From a virus, in UHGV virus genome UHGV-0225063: 37,092 nucleotides of DNA; one strand, written 5' to 3'. The translations under genes and the position numbers were made by a program. Under the pieces are notes generated by a model. It did no database searches. It was not told where the DNA came from and saw only the letters and a program-made list of their open reading frames with translations. Below are positions 1-9,796 of the stretch, one piece after another (the stretch's first letter is position 1; each line of letters starts with the position of its first letter).

Positions 1-478
1 CATTATCTGCTCCAACATCTCGTGTTGCAGCGGTCCCTAACTGGAGCGCATTTCGGAAGGCTGATACATCAGAAATATCATATCCATTAGCCGATTTCTG
101 CATAGCTCCGGAGGCTTTATCTATCGTTTCTCCCAAACCAAGGTTTTCGAGAGCCGTTTGCACAGTGCCATCCGATTTGATATCGCCAAACGGATTCTTG
201 CGGCTCAGGTATTCAACAGCAAACCCCGATCCCAGCAATTCAACAAAACCGGGCAGATCACCATTATCAAGCACATCCCGTTGCGTTTTGTCACTTACAA
301 ACTGGGCCAGAGCTGCAGCAATAAAGCTGGCCTGCCGAATAACCTTATTGACTTGCGCACTGGATGCTTTACCTGCTGTAAATCCGGATAAAAGCGCAGG
401 CAACGCTTCCCATTCCTCCTGCGACATAACATTGGCATTTCGATCCGTTGCAAACGCTTTAAAGTCATTTTTCGCCAT
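1..478 (-). CDS. Tail fibre protein, N-terminal part (partial; continues past window start)
   Basis: Minus-strand ATG at 476-478 overlaps the upstream stop (ATGA). My translation begins [45 protein letters not shown], which matches the conserved N-terminal domain of Mu/P2-type tail fibres as I remember it. Not in the ORF track because no stop falls in the window. Confidence 0.6.
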   Translation of the reverse strand, partial: MAKNDFKAFATDRNANVMSQEEWEALPALLSGFTAGKASSAQVNKVIRQASFIAAALAQFVSDKTQRDVLDNGDLPGFVELLGSGFAVEYLSRKNPFGDIKSDGTVQTALENLGLGETIDKASGAMQKSANGYDISDVSAFRNALQLGTAATRDVGADN

Positions 479-1158
479 CAGAGTAATACTCCCCATGCTC
501 CTACATCAAAACCACTGATGAATTCGTTATCCATATCAAAACCAAAAAATTTTGAGCCTTCCGATGGGGCTTCCACCGAAGGTGTTTCAATGCCGCCCGC
601 CCACACACCGGCGGCTTTTACTGTGAGATATCCCTGTTTAATTGCAGCAATTAACTCACGCGATACATCTGAAATATCATTATCGGGAAAGACCCAGACC
701 GATATCGTCATGTCCTGGTTATCGACTATCTGCATTCGCAGCCCGGAGCCTGCTGTTGCAGCGTCAAGAATTGCTGGAAGCGAATCATTCCGTCCGTCCC
801 AGTTATTAATCGCAATCTTCGCTTTAAGGATGACACGATAAGTTTCATCGCTGAGGTACATGTATCCGGAATCAGGATCGTATGGCCCCTGCCATACACC
901 CTGATCATATCCAAGCCCGTCGGTATCCCAGCTGAAATAGACACCTGAGATAGGCTGGCTGACAACACGGCTACGTCCGATCCACAATCCCAGAATGTCA
1001 AGTTGCACACCAACCGCAGAGTCAATATCAAATGCAGTAATCAGCCCTCTGGTGGCCGCCGCAACATCAATAAGCGGCCGGGTCATCAGATCAACATGTG
1101 CAAGAAATTTAGGTTTGGTGGCGTGGTAGTTCGTGATTAGTTCGGTGTATTTGCTCAT
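478..1158 (-). CDS. Baseplate/tail protein (Mu gp48 / P2 gpI-like position)
   Basis: 226-aa ORF translationally coupled between the J-like gene and the tail fibre; position in a V-W-J-I-fibre series. Confidence 0.5.
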   Translation of the reverse strand: MSKYTELITNYHATKPKFLAHVDLMTRPLIDVAAATRGLITAFDIDSAVGVQLDILGLWIGRSRVVSQPISGVYFSWDTDGLGYDQGVWQGPYDPDSGYMYLSDETYRVILKAKIAINNWDGRNDSLPAILDAATAGSGLRMQIVDNQDMTISVWVFPDNDISDVSRELIAAIKQGYLTVKAAGVWAGGIETPSVEAPSEGSKFFGFDMDNEFISGFDVGAWGVLL

Positions 1159-2354
1159 GACTCCACCGTTATAACGATATTTTCCGGGGTACAGGACGCA
1201 GATTCGTTGTATCTGATATCAATGTTTGATGACGACAAAGCCCCCGGGGATTTCCCAATCGTCAGTTCCTGAATATCGTAATAGCGTGCATTCCCGCCAC
1301 TCACCACGCCAAGATTTGCCGGTGAGTAAATGCGACTTAAAAGGACCGAATCACCGATCGTCAGACTATTGATATAGTCGGAAATAGCCTGCTGGATCTG
1401 CTGCCCTATCTGTGAGGTATAACCCGTAAAAACTTTTAATTTAATCCGGGCATAAACAGGCACATCACTGGAACGCGAGAATTTGATTACATGGGGATTG
1501 CCGTATTTATCCGGAACCGTAACGGATGTTGTACCGTGAGTGGCTGTCCCCTGGCCTTTATTCCCTCTGATAGCCTGAGCAATATCCGTCACATCACCGC
1601 CATCCACAATTACAGCAACAGAGTGTGGCGGTAACCCGTTGCCGTCCTCCGAACCAGTATCGTTTTCATAGAGTTTGTGGCGGGTTACACCGGTAACATT
1701 AGAAACAGCACCATCCAGTGCTTCAAATGGGGTTATTGATGGCAACGCAACACTTTGCGACTGGCGGATACGTAACTCAGCGTCAGTTTCTGCCGGAGTG
1801 CCCACAGTAGCCGCAGCAGGATTGGTTACCGAAACCCAGCCACGGGTTGGCGTATTAATTTCAGTGATAGTTCCAGCCTGCGCCGCCACTGCACCACTGA
1901 CGGAACATGTTGCGGTCACCATCACTGTACCATCCACGCCGACCACCACTGAAGCAGGCAAACGCCATATCACATTATTACTGTCTTTCACGCTGCCATT
2001 AATGATGGTTGTTCCGGTAGTTCCTGTAAGAAGCAAATCAACCGTAGAATTCGTCGCGCCTTTACGTGAAATACCATTTATTTTCACGTTACTGGTCAGT
2101 GCAGCCCCATAGCCGGTTGCCGGTGAAAAACAGTTGTAGACAGTTATCGCAGTATTATTGGCATCATGAATCGCCAGCGCCATCAGAGCCACCATCTGGC
2201 CGTCTTTGCTGTCCGGTTCGAGGTAGGCATCACTGCCATAAATCTGCTGAAAATAGCTAATCAGGGTGCTGAGTATCGTCTGATAATCAGGCGCACTGAT
2301 CCCCTCCGCGGTTACCTTTGCAGATAAACCGAGAGAATCAAGGTTCAGAGCCAT
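1155..2354 (-). CDS. Baseplate J-like protein
   Basis: 399-aa ORF; size and position (after the W-like gene, before the I-like gene) fit Mu gp47 / P2 gpJ. Confidence 0.6.
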   Translation of the reverse strand: MALNLDSLGLSAKVTAEGISAPDYQTILSTLISYFQQIYGSDAYLEPDSKDGQMVALMALAIHDANNTAITVYNCFSPATGYGAALTSNVKINGISRKGATNSTVDLLLTGTTGTTIINGSVKDSNNVIWRLPASVVVGVDGTVMVTATCSVSGAVAAQAGTITEINTPTRGWVSVTNPAAATVGTPAETDAELRIRQSQSVALPSITPFEALDGAVSNVTGVTRHKLYENDTGSEDGNGLPPHSVAVIVDGGDVTDIAQAIRGNKGQGTATHGTTSVTVPDKYGNPHVIKFSRSSDVPVYARIKLKVFTGYTSQIGQQIQQAISDYINSLTIGDSVLLSRIYSPANLGVVSGGNARYYDIQELTIGKSPGALSSSNIDIRYNESASCTPENIVITVES

Positions 2355-2707
2355 TACGCCTCCGATGTAACAGTCGTTATTCCATAAAGAGTGTCGATTT
2401 CAGCGGAAAACATGACACGTCGGGTCGTGGTATCCAGCGTCGTATTGAAAGAGAGGATTGATTTAACGCCCTGCGTTTCGAGGATGCGCTTACGGATCGC
2501 CAGGTTGTAGGTTTCCGGCTTCTGCTTACCGAGTACGGACTGGATCCACGGAGTCCCCTCGGTGGTGTCGAGAAACCATTGCCCATACCACAATTCGAAT
2601 CGCGTTTTTACCGCCTGCGCCACGGCCTCCGGTGAGTTAATCAGCCAGGTGTCATCACCGCTGCCAAAGGTGTAATCGCCATCGGCGTCTTCACGTCTGT
2701 ATCGCAT
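2354..2707 (-). CDS. Small baseplate protein (gpW/gp25-like position)
   Basis: 117-aa ORF tightly coupled between the V-like and J-like genes. Confidence 0.45.
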   Translation of the reverse strand: MRYRREDADGDYTFGSGDDTWLINSPEAVAQAVKTRFELWYGQWFLDTTEGTPWIQSVLGKQKPETYNLAIRKRILETQGVKSILSFNTTLDTTTRRVMFSAEIDTLYGITTVTSEA

Positions 2708-3459
2708 CAGTTTACCCCATCGGTATTGCTTCCACCGCGCTGAACACCGCCATGAGTGTGCGTATCATCGATTGGCTTGCCGTTAGCCTTAACGCTCCCC
2801 AAGAACTCAACAGCACCAGTGATTTTTGAAGCCACACCAGAAGCAACAGACCCCACCATGCCACCCATCCAGGTTAACAGGCCATGAATGGTTACTTTCT
2901 CAGAAAAATCAGCCAGAGGGGCAACCACATCAAGACCACCCGGAGCGACAATTTTAATTTTCCGGGTATCAGGATTAAGCTCAAAATAGGTGCTGCCGTC
3001 GTCACTACGCAACTGTGTGGCACTGGTATTAATACCGCTAATCTTCCTAGCCTGCGACTGGGGACCGACAATACAAAACGCATCCGATAAATCATGCATT
3101 CTGTCATCGACCGGCTCCTGTATCCCGCCACTCTGCCACCAGAAATCAATACAACGATCGGCAAAAACGACAAGACACTCATCCCCGGCTTTTACCGGAA
3201 AAGTCAACGTACAGCCTCCGCCGCGCGGGAATACCACTGGTACATCCACCAGCAGGGGTAATGTCGTCGACTGGTTGATTCCATTTGAGTCCGGCTCATA
3301 GCCTTTAATCGCTGGTTGAACAACTACCGTTACCGTGTCCTGATCAAATGACTGGACGATACCGGGCATAGAAACACGCAGCGCCGACATGACAGAACCA
3401 GCAAGTCTTACATCGGCCTGTTCTTTACTGCCGAGTTGAGAGGAAAGTGAAACTGGCAT
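2707..3459 (-). CDS. Baseplate spike / assembly protein V-like
   Basis: ORF 2707..3474; the start is more likely the second ATG (MPVSLSS...), which has a GGAG Shine-Dalgarno. His-rich C-terminal motif (DDTHTHGG) and position resemble gpV-type spikes. Confidence 0.55.
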   Translation of the reverse strand: MPVSLSSQLGSKEQADVRLAGSVMSALRVSMPGIVQSFDQDTVTVVVQPAIKGYEPDSNGINQSTTLPLLVDVPVVFPRGGGCTLTFPVKAGDECLVVFADRCIDFWWQSGGIQEPVDDRMHDLSDAFCIVGPQSQARKISGINTSATQLRSDDGSTYFELNPDTRKIKIVAPGGLDVVAPLADFSEKVTIHGLLTWMGGMVGSVASGVASKITGAVEFLGSVKANGKPIDDTHTHGGVQRGGSNTDGVN

Positions 3460-3474
3460 ATTTTCTCCAGACAT

Positions 3475-3500
3475 AAAAAACCCGCTCGACGGCGGGTTAT
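3475..3500 (-). terminator. Intrinsic terminator downstream of doc
   Basis: On the minus strand: AACCCGC-cgtcga-GCGGGTT stem-loop followed by TTTTTT. Confidence 0.55.
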
Positions 3501-3530
3501 ATACATTTTACGTTTACCGTTGATACGCTA

Positions 3531-3938
3531 TCAGTATCCAGTAATCGTGTCTGCCAGCAGCTCATTCTTATAATCTGACAAGAGTTTTAGTGCCAGTGCA
3601 GTATTATCACAATCAGCTTCTCCAGTAGCAGCAAAGATAGTCAACTTCACCAACTCCATGGAGGTGTTAAGTTCATAGCCATTCATTAGCAAGAAAATGC
3701 TGGTGGCCTGGAAAGCTGTTCGCTTGTTGGCATCGTTAAAAGCGTGAGACTTCGCTATTGCTACCATATACATAGCGGCAAATTTAAATAAATCCTCACA
3801 GCCTTCATATATGTGCAGATTATGCACCCTGTTCAGGGCACCTTCGAGCTTACCTATATCAGGCTGCCCGCTGTTCGGCAGCGTACTTTTCTGAATCGCA
3901 ATAACCTCATCAACCGAAAGAAACGTAATCTCAGCCAT
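3531..3938 (-). CDS. doc: Doc toxin (Fic-fold kinase family)
   Basis: 135 aa; motif HAFNDANKRTA matches the Doc signature (P1 Doc has HIFNDANKRTA, from memory). Start codon overlaps the stop of the upstream antitoxin. Confidence 0.85.
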   Translation of the reverse strand: MAEITFLSVDEVIAIQKSTLPNSGQPDIGKLEGALNRVHNLHIYEGCEDLFKFAAMYMVAIAKSHAFNDANKRTAFQATSIFLLMNGYELNTSMELVKLTIFAATGEADCDNTALALKLLSDYKNELLADTITGY

Positions 3939-4351
3939 TATTTATCTTCCAGTTTTTTTATAATTTCCGCATGCTTAGTCTGAGTATGTTGCAAAGCTTT
4001 AATAAATGACTCTGATACGCCCTGCAGGGCAAGTGCAGCATTGGCAGCCTTCATCATTGCCTGGCGCGCCTCATCAGACTGCAGAAGGACATCTAATTGC
4101 TTAGTAAACTTCATGACTCCCTCCGTTACCTGTGGGGATAAATTAGATGAAATTAACTGTGCAAGATGCGCATCTATCGTTTTGTTTTGTGGCTTAATTT
4201 CTTTTCCAGACACCACCTTATCAACGGTTTTTGCACTGATAACAGTATCAGGCTTCCCCCGTTGCGTTACCGTTACACTCTCACCTGAGCGTAACAATTC
4301 CAGCGTGGCAGATAAATCCGAACGCATTTGTGTATAAGTAATGGTTTTCAT
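3938..4351 (-). CDS. phd: Phd/YefM-like antitoxin with an extended C-terminal region
   Basis: N-terminus MKTITYTQMRSDLSATLELLRSGESVTVTQRGKPDTVISAK resembles Phd/YefM. Start taken at MKT (4351), which has a GAGGG Shine-Dalgarno, rather than the ORF-track start at 4369. About 137 aa, longer than the ~73-aa P1 Phd. Confidence 0.7.
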   Translation of the reverse strand: MKTITYTQMRSDLSATLELLRSGESVTVTQRGKPDTVISAKTVDKVVSGKEIKPQNKTIDAHLAQLISSNLSPQVTEGVMKFTKQLDVLLQSDEARQAMMKAANAALALQGVSESFIKALQHTQTKHAEIIKKLEDK

Positions 4352-4360
4352 AGCACCCTC

Positions 4361-4376
4361 TCTGTACATGTACAGA
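4361..4376 (-). promoter_or_regulatory. Perfect 16-bp palindrome TCTGTACATGTACAGA just upstream of the antitoxin start; candidate autoregulatory operator
   Basis: Exact inverted repeat read from the sequence, about 10 nt upstream of the antitoxin start codon. Confidence 0.4.
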
Positions 4377-4431
4377 TTAGCGCATATTCAAGATGAGAGA
4401 GCAATGATTAATACAGTTGTGTTGGTAAAGA

Positions 4432-4773
4432 TCACTTCACCTTCCGGCAATCATACGTCCAGAACTCCCGAGGGTCGTCCATATTTTTACGGATAACTTC
4501 AACGTTGAGTATGGGTTTTTTATTACGAATAATGTAGTCCATACCTAACCAGTGCCCATCACCGGGAACCATCAGTTGGATCATGAAGTTGTCATAATCT
4601 TCTTTCGCTTTCAGGAAGGTAAGTTTCTGCGTTTCAGGTTCCCGGCCATTTACCATGGTCAACCCTTCGGCATTAGCCTTAAGGTAAAACGGCCCACACT
4701 GAACTGCTGTCCAGCCTGTTAACGGAATGACTGTAAAGATAGTGACCAGCCCAAAAACATTTAAGAGCTTCAT
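4432..4773 (-). CDS. Small exported protein (N-terminal signal peptide), unknown function
   Basis: 113 aa; N-terminus MKLLNVFGLVTIFTVIPLTGWTA looks like a signal peptide. Start overlaps the stop of the upstream hub-like gene by 4 nt. Confidence 0.5.
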   Translation of the reverse strand: MKLLNVFGLVTIFTVIPLTGWTAVQCGPFYLKANAEGLTMVNGREPETQKLTFLKAKEDYDNFMIQLMVPGDGHWLGMDYIIRNKKPILNVEVIRKNMDDPREFWTYDCRKVK

Positions 4774-5801
4774 CCTAAATATCCCTTGTCAATTGTAGCT
4801 TTGCTTAGAATTTCTTTGCCACCTTTAGCCAGGCAAAGCAGGTCCATATACCACGCCTGCCCTCGGGTGTCGCCAGTATAATCAATGCTGCCCACAATGT
4901 AATCACCGTCAGTATTAATGCTGGCAGGCTGTGACATGCCTGGCAGACCGTTAACGTAGAGATTACCGTCGCTTTCAGACTCATCCAGTCGTGCTGGCGA
5001 TTTCGCTACCTGGTCATTACTCAAAGAGGCACGGTATACAGATGCCTGATCCAGACGAATAAGCCCACCGAGCTTAATATTTGGATTAATCAGACATCTG
5101 ACATTTACGCCAGCTCCCATCGTCTGCTGTGGCATACCGATAAGCCCGGTGTTAGCATTCAACACCGTAGCAACACCAATATATTTATCTTCAGGAACAA
5201 TATTTACCAGATTATTTTCATACCACCAGTTAGCCTTACACTGCCCTGCGATATGATTCATCAACCTTGATGTGTTTTGATAAACAACACGACCCCGGGG
5301 AAATACCGTTTCAGGCATGTCAGGAACTGCGCCGGATTCGATGCCATATGGTTCGAATGATTTCATACCCAGACTGAAAAGATCGCTGTACTTCCAGCCA
5401 GCAGCCACTGTGGTTTTCACACTTGCGTTCAGGTGACCTTCCCAGCTGTCAATACACTGCAACATGATCCAACTGTCTGTGGCATTATCTTTACCAGTGA
5501 CAGTAAAACGGATATCTCCATTGAATATCATGCCAACGTTTTCATCAGGATAATTACCTGCTGCATCCGGTTGCCCCTTGTATCCGGCAATAACCTGTAT
5601 ACGCGAAAACTCCTTCTGCATAATCCGGTTCTGAGTGGTAGGAGACAGGTTATAAACCTTAAAATTCCCAACGAATCCATTAAATATGGTCGCAGGCATT
5701 TTCTGAATATTGAAAGTGACTTTAAGCTCAGAAATTTTTATCCCGTCGCCCTTATCATCAACAAGCAATAATTCAAAGTGACGCATCCAGTTTTTCGACA
5801 T
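4770..5801 (-). CDS. Baseplate hub-like tail protein
   Basis: 343-aa ORF between the tape-measure-proximal genes and the V-like spike; assigned by position only. Confidence 0.45.
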   Translation of the reverse strand: MSKNWMRHFELLLVDDKGDGIKISELKVTFNIQKMPATIFNGFVGNFKVYNLSPTTQNRIMQKEFSRIQVIAGYKGQPDAAGNYPDENVGMIFNGDIRFTVTGKDNATDSWIMLQCIDSWEGHLNASVKTTVAAGWKYSDLFSLGMKSFEPYGIESGAVPDMPETVFPRGRVVYQNTSRLMNHIAGQCKANWWYENNLVNIVPEDKYIGVATVLNANTGLIGMPQQTMGAGVNVRCLINPNIKLGGLIRLDQASVYRASLSNDQVAKSPARLDESESDGNLYVNGLPGMSQPASINTDGDYIVGSIDYTGDTRGQAWYMDLLCLAKGGKEILSKATIDKGYLG

Positions 5802-5803
5802 TG

Positions 5804-6106
5804 TTACTCCGTGAAAACATAGAGGTGTGAGAGCGTTCCAAGATCGAATTGCGTCGGGTTTTCCTGCCCTGCCACGTCGCAGAGTACCACCAGCGAAAAC
5901 CCGAGATTCATATATCGATACTGCGCCAACAGGTCAGCCCCCGTAATCATCGGAATGCCTGAGATAATGGCGGAACCATTGCTGTCAGCAAGATCCAGAA
6001 CCCAGTACTCTCCGCGCCAGATGACAGACAGTTGATAAACCGTACCGTTAATTGTGGTGGCAAAAGTCTGATTATCAGCCACCAGTGGGATTTCTACGGC
6101 CTCCAT
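5804..6106 (-). CDS. Small tail/baseplate protein
   Basis: 100-aa ORF tightly packed in the tail operon. Confidence 0.4.
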   Translation of the reverse strand: MEAVEIPLVADNQTFATTINGTVYQLSVIWRGEYWVLDLADSNGSAIISGIPMITGADLLAQYRYMNLGFSLVVLCDVAGQENPTQFDLGTLSHLYVFTE

Positions 6107-6109
6107 GAA

Positions 6110-6760
6110 TCACCTTCCCAGAAATAAATTGCTCAGATACCCATCAACAGTGGAGATACCTTCTTGCGCCATCTGTGGCAGCGATTTCAGAATGGAATTA
6201 TTCGGCGGCACCGTTGTTTTGGTGCCTGTATTCTGCACAGCAGACGTTCCGCCCCCCTCGGTCATATTGTTTTTCGAGGCAACCCTGATTGACTGCGTGG
6301 AGGTAATAATCACCTCCCTGAGGGTAAGGGTCGCCAGAAGCACATTCTCACTACTCTTGTCAGTCGTCACCTCCAGCGTTTTTATCAACATATTGTTGTA
6401 AATACGCTTGCCGGTTGTCACATCGAAAGGAATACGATCCCGCTGCAGATTAAGCAACTCCTGATACAGTTCTTTCGGGCTCAGACCCAGTAAACTGGTA
6501 GCCGTCAGGTTACTGGCAAAATCAAGCAGCGATCCGCCTCCGGAAAAACCGGTTTCCATCACAACCTCAGAAGGCCGCCTGAATGCGTGTTCTGATATAT
6601 AACCAGCGCCCTCACCACTGGCACCAGCATTCGTGGGCTGTTCAACCGGATGTTCCGTAATTTCCAGGGCGTCAGTGTGCTTTTCGGTAATAACCACATC
6701 AGGAATAATGATTCCTATTGAGCGGGTTCGCTGCTGCAGTAAAACAGATAAAAAGTCCAT
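6110..6760 (-). CDS. Tail protein immediately downstream of the tape measure gene
   Basis: 216-aa ORF directly abutting the tape-measure stop. Confidence 0.45.
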   Translation of the reverse strand: MDFLSVLLQQRTRSIGIIIPDVVITEKHTDALEITEHPVEQPTNAGASGEGAGYISEHAFRRPSEVVMETGFSGGGSLLDFASNLTATSLLGLSPKELYQELLNLQRDRIPFDVTTGKRIYNNMLIKTLEVTTDKSSENVLLATLTLREVIITSTQSIRVASKNNMTEGGGTSAVQNTGTKTTVPPNNSILKSLPQMAQEGISTVDGYLSNLFLGR

Positions 6761-8733
6761 TACGCAGGTCCTTTCAATTGCTGTACCGCCCTGGCATTTA
6801 CAGCCCCCTGCTTGTCAGCGATCAGATTAGCCGCCTCCTGAGGGTTGTTAACTCCATGAACATTTATAACAGTCTGCTGGTTAAGGCTGCCAGCGGCGGC
6901 CTGATACGCCAGCGGGCTGTTCCAGTTTGAATAACCTTCTTTGCGCGCCATCGACTGCATCAATGCTCCCATAGTCTGGGGATCTGTAAGATTCAATATT
7001 GCATTCGGTGATACTCCCATCCATTTCGCAACATCCTGTGCATACTTTTTCGGATCGTTGTTATCACCTGCCGGGGCCCAGGTACTGACAATATCCTGAA
7101 TAGTCTGTAATGCCCGTCCGGTTGTTTTCCCGGTAAAGTAACGCATGAGCTGGTTTTTCATCGCCTCCCAGCCCTCAAGAGCTGATTCGAAAAACCGGAA
7201 CCCTTTACCGCTCACCGGGCGAATGTTCCCTGGATTGTTATTCCGATCGGCTAAAGTACGCTTCGTAGCCTGTGCATATTGTTCCGGCTCAGCACCTGGA
7301 ATATCTGACTGAATATTTGCGCCTTTTACGGTATGAGGATTACGACCAAAATCGGTATCAATGCCAAGCCAGCGCAATGAATCTCCAATATTTTGTTTCG
7401 TGTAATCCCAGGATGACTTCGCACTGGCACCAATATTTTCGCGATCAGAGTACAAATACGCCGCATAAGCCATCCAGCCTTTTAACCACGGCGGGACCGG
7501 TATCCCTGCAAGTCGTGAAAATGCTCCTGTGACCTTGCTAATCCATACTCCGGCGATAAAAGTCGCCAGCAACTCCAGTGCATTTTGCCAGCCGCCAACA
7601 CCATCTTTTAGTTCCAGAAGGTGATCACGAAGCCAGGTGATCGCATCCTTCGCTTTATCTATTGCCGGTTGCCATTTTTCCCAGTCGATAAGACTGTTAC
7701 CGCCTTCTTTCCATGTTTTGTAGTCTTCCCACAAGAGACCGAGAGCCACGATCAGACCGGTAATCAGCCCTATAGGTGACATCCAGAAAGTAGAGTTAAG
7801 TATCCGCATGGCGACAACCAGACCGCCGATAACCTCTATCAGGGTTTTCGTTTCGGCATCCAGTTTCCCCCACCACTCGATGATATCACCGACACCATCG
7901 ACTATCCGAAATGCAACCCGCCCGACTATCTCACCCAGCCAGAGGATCCCCTTTATGACCTTTGTGATGGTGACTTCAATTTTGGGAAAATTTTCAATTA
8001 TCTTTTTGCGCAGGTTATCAATCTGCCCCGCCAGTCCGTCCGCAAGATTCGATCCGATTTTGTCCCGCGCCATCCCGGCCATTTCACCGAGCGATTTCAG
8101 CGAGGTCATAAACCGGTTTGACGATAAGGCAGCCTGATCGGCATTAAATCCGATCGCTTTCACCATTTCTGAATACTGAGCGCTGAACTGCCCCACTCCG
8201 CGACGCATAGCCATCAGGGTATTTTCGTCAATGCCCAGCATCTGCGCATACTGGTTAGCCCGGTAATACGGCATGCTGCTGAGTTTCTGTCCAACGCCCG
8301 TAAAGATAGCGGCCATGTCACGCATGTTACCGCTGGCATCACGGGTCTGTACGCCCAGGCGATTCAGAAAGCCTTCTGCACCGGGATTGTTACGAATAAA
8401 CCGGGAGAGGCTTTCCAGAGAAGATCGCGCAGCGTCCACGCTGCCGCCAACCTGCGAAACCGCATAGCCAATAGACTGAATTCCCTGGACTGTCGCGCCG
8501 GTGCGCTGTGACGCCCAGTAAAGATTATCCAGACCGGAGGCGATCTTAGCCGTAAAGGCCACCACGGACAGTGCAGCTCCTTCAACAGCCAGCCCCATTT
8601 TGATGACATTTGCAGTTGTACCGGCGAGGACAGAACCGAACTTTTTCGCTCCTGCATCATCCACACTGAAGCCAAGCGAAACGAGGAAATCTTTAATAGT
8701 TTCAGCGTTCATTATCCTCTCTCCATTTCTCAA
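6760..8733 (-). CDS. Tail tape measure protein
   Basis: 657 aa, the largest tail ORF; long helical N-terminal part, central hydrophobic segment (LIEVIGGLVVAMRIL...IGLITGLIVALGLLW), distinct C-terminal globular region; sits between the chaperone and baseplate genes. Confidence 0.75.
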   Translation of the reverse strand: MRNGERIMNAETIKDFLVSLGFSVDDAGAKKFGSVLAGTTANVIKMGLAVEGAALSVVAFTAKIASGLDNLYWASQRTGATVQGIQSIGYAVSQVGGSVDAARSSLESLSRFIRNNPGAEGFLNRLGVQTRDASGNMRDMAAIFTGVGQKLSSMPYYRANQYAQMLGIDENTLMAMRRGVGQFSAQYSEMVKAIGFNADQAALSSNRFMTSLKSLGEMAGMARDKIGSNLADGLAGQIDNLRKKIIENFPKIEVTITKVIKGILWLGEIVGRVAFRIVDGVGDIIEWWGKLDAETKTLIEVIGGLVVAMRILNSTFWMSPIGLITGLIVALGLLWEDYKTWKEGGNSLIDWEKWQPAIDKAKDAITWLRDHLLELKDGVGGWQNALELLATFIAGVWISKVTGAFSRLAGIPVPPWLKGWMAYAAYLYSDRENIGASAKSSWDYTKQNIGDSLRWLGIDTDFGRNPHTVKGANIQSDIPGAEPEQYAQATKRTLADRNNNPGNIRPVSGKGFRFFESALEGWEAMKNQLMRYFTGKTTGRALQTIQDIVSTWAPAGDNNDPKKYAQDVAKWMGVSPNAILNLTDPQTMGALMQSMARKEGYSNWNSPLAYQAAAGSLNQQTVINVHGVNNPQEAANLIADKQGAVNARAVQQLKGPA

Positions 8734-8889
8734 TGCGCCGCTGGTTATCCGCTTTTACCGCCAGATGGTCATTCAAAAGAGCAATATCGTACAAATCGAC
8801 AGAGCCATCTTTAAGTGCTGTATAAGGAATTAACCCGGCGTCAACCGGATTGAGAAGGTAGGACAGCCCGTCCGGCAGGCTGTTAAACG

Positions 8890-9342
8890 TCAGCCCTGTT
8901 GCAGGCTCTGCGTCGTGCTGGTAAGGGGTGTAGGCAAAAAATTTCCCAGCGAATCGGCGACCACCCGCGCCACCAGCTGCAGCATGACCAGCAAGTCAAT
9001 ATCATCAAACATCAGTTCGCCCTGGGTAAATACCGGAACCCATCCGTCCATATGACGCCGCGATACCACCGCAAGACAGGGATGAATAATCGCACTGGTG
9101 TCATCTTCGGTCAGGGAAGACAGTTCCTCAGCGATACGCGGGAGCATGGTTTCAAACACCGGTTTTAACTGCTCGAATTTCACGGTGTCGATTTTGCCAT
9201 CAGCAGGCAAACGGGAGCGAATGCTCCCGAAATCTGACATCATTCCTGCCAGCACCGGCAGAAGTTTGCGGGTCACTTTCAGCTGGTCAAAAACGCTGAG
9301 TTTTGCCACGCGATATTTCACGCCTTTGATTTCGAATTCCAT
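8890..9342 (-). CDS. Tail assembly chaperone (candidate)
   Basis: 150-aa acidic ORF between the tube and tape-measure genes, the usual chaperone position. Confidence 0.45.
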   Translation of the reverse strand: MEFEIKGVKYRVAKLSVFDQLKVTRKLLPVLAGMMSDFGSIRSRLPADGKIDTVKFEQLKPVFETMLPRIAEELSSLTEDDTSAIIHPCLAVVSRRHMDGWVPVFTQGELMFDDIDLLVMLQLVARVVADSLGNFLPTPLTSTTQSLQQG

Positions 9343-9345
9343 GTA

Positions 9346-9786
9346 TTAAAACTCCCCGAGAACCTGGTCAATCTTGCCGCAGTCAAACACCCACGGCATC
9401 GTATTACCGGTTTTAGCGTTGGCGTTATCCGGTTGTTTCTGGAACGCAACACTGCGTGCCGTGATGATGTCGCCGCTGACCTTGTTGCGGATAACGATAA
9501 CGTTATTCCCCCATGTGGCAGAAGACTGGCTCTGTGCGTTATACGCCAGCGACAATTTTTTATTTGTCGGTGATGTCTTCAGAAGGTTAACGGTAATCGT
9601 CCCGCTTTTATCTGCATGGAGACTGTGCATCACTTCGCCATCAGCACCGATGGTCATGGTGTTTTTAGGACCGCCCATCGCAACCACAATCCCCTCCTCA
9701 GAACTTGCCGAACCGTACCCGAGGTCAATCGAACCGGTCGGCCCGGTCAGCGTCGCAGTGACATCCATAAAAGAATAGGTAGACAT
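9346..9786 (-). CDS. Tail tube protein (candidate)
   Basis: 146-aa ORF directly after the sheath-like gene. Confidence 0.5.
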   Translation of the reverse strand: MSTYSFMDVTATLTGPTGSIDLGYGSASSEEGIVVAMGGPKNTMTIGADGEVMHSLHADKSGTITVNLLKTSPTNKKLSLAYNAQSQSSATWGNNVIVIRNKVSGDIITARSVAFQKQPDNANAKTGNTMPWVFDCGKIDQVLGEF

Positions 9787-9796
9787 TCACTTCCCC

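Noticed and set aside
158-518. Two plus-strand ORFs (77 and 117 aa) at the window start
   Set aside because: They are antisense to the minus-strand tail-fibre N-terminal coding region, which has a clear coupled start at 478 and a recognisable conserved N-terminus.
1675-2112. Plus-strand ORF of 145 aa (and similar plus-strand ORFs at 518..841, 2990..3301, 7808..8137, 14469..15170, 15011..15526, 17111..17560, 18866..19270)
   Set aside because: Each lies entirely inside a longer, functionally coherent minus-strand structural gene. They are antisense reading-frame artefacts, several with low-complexity Ser/Pro/Arg-rich translations.
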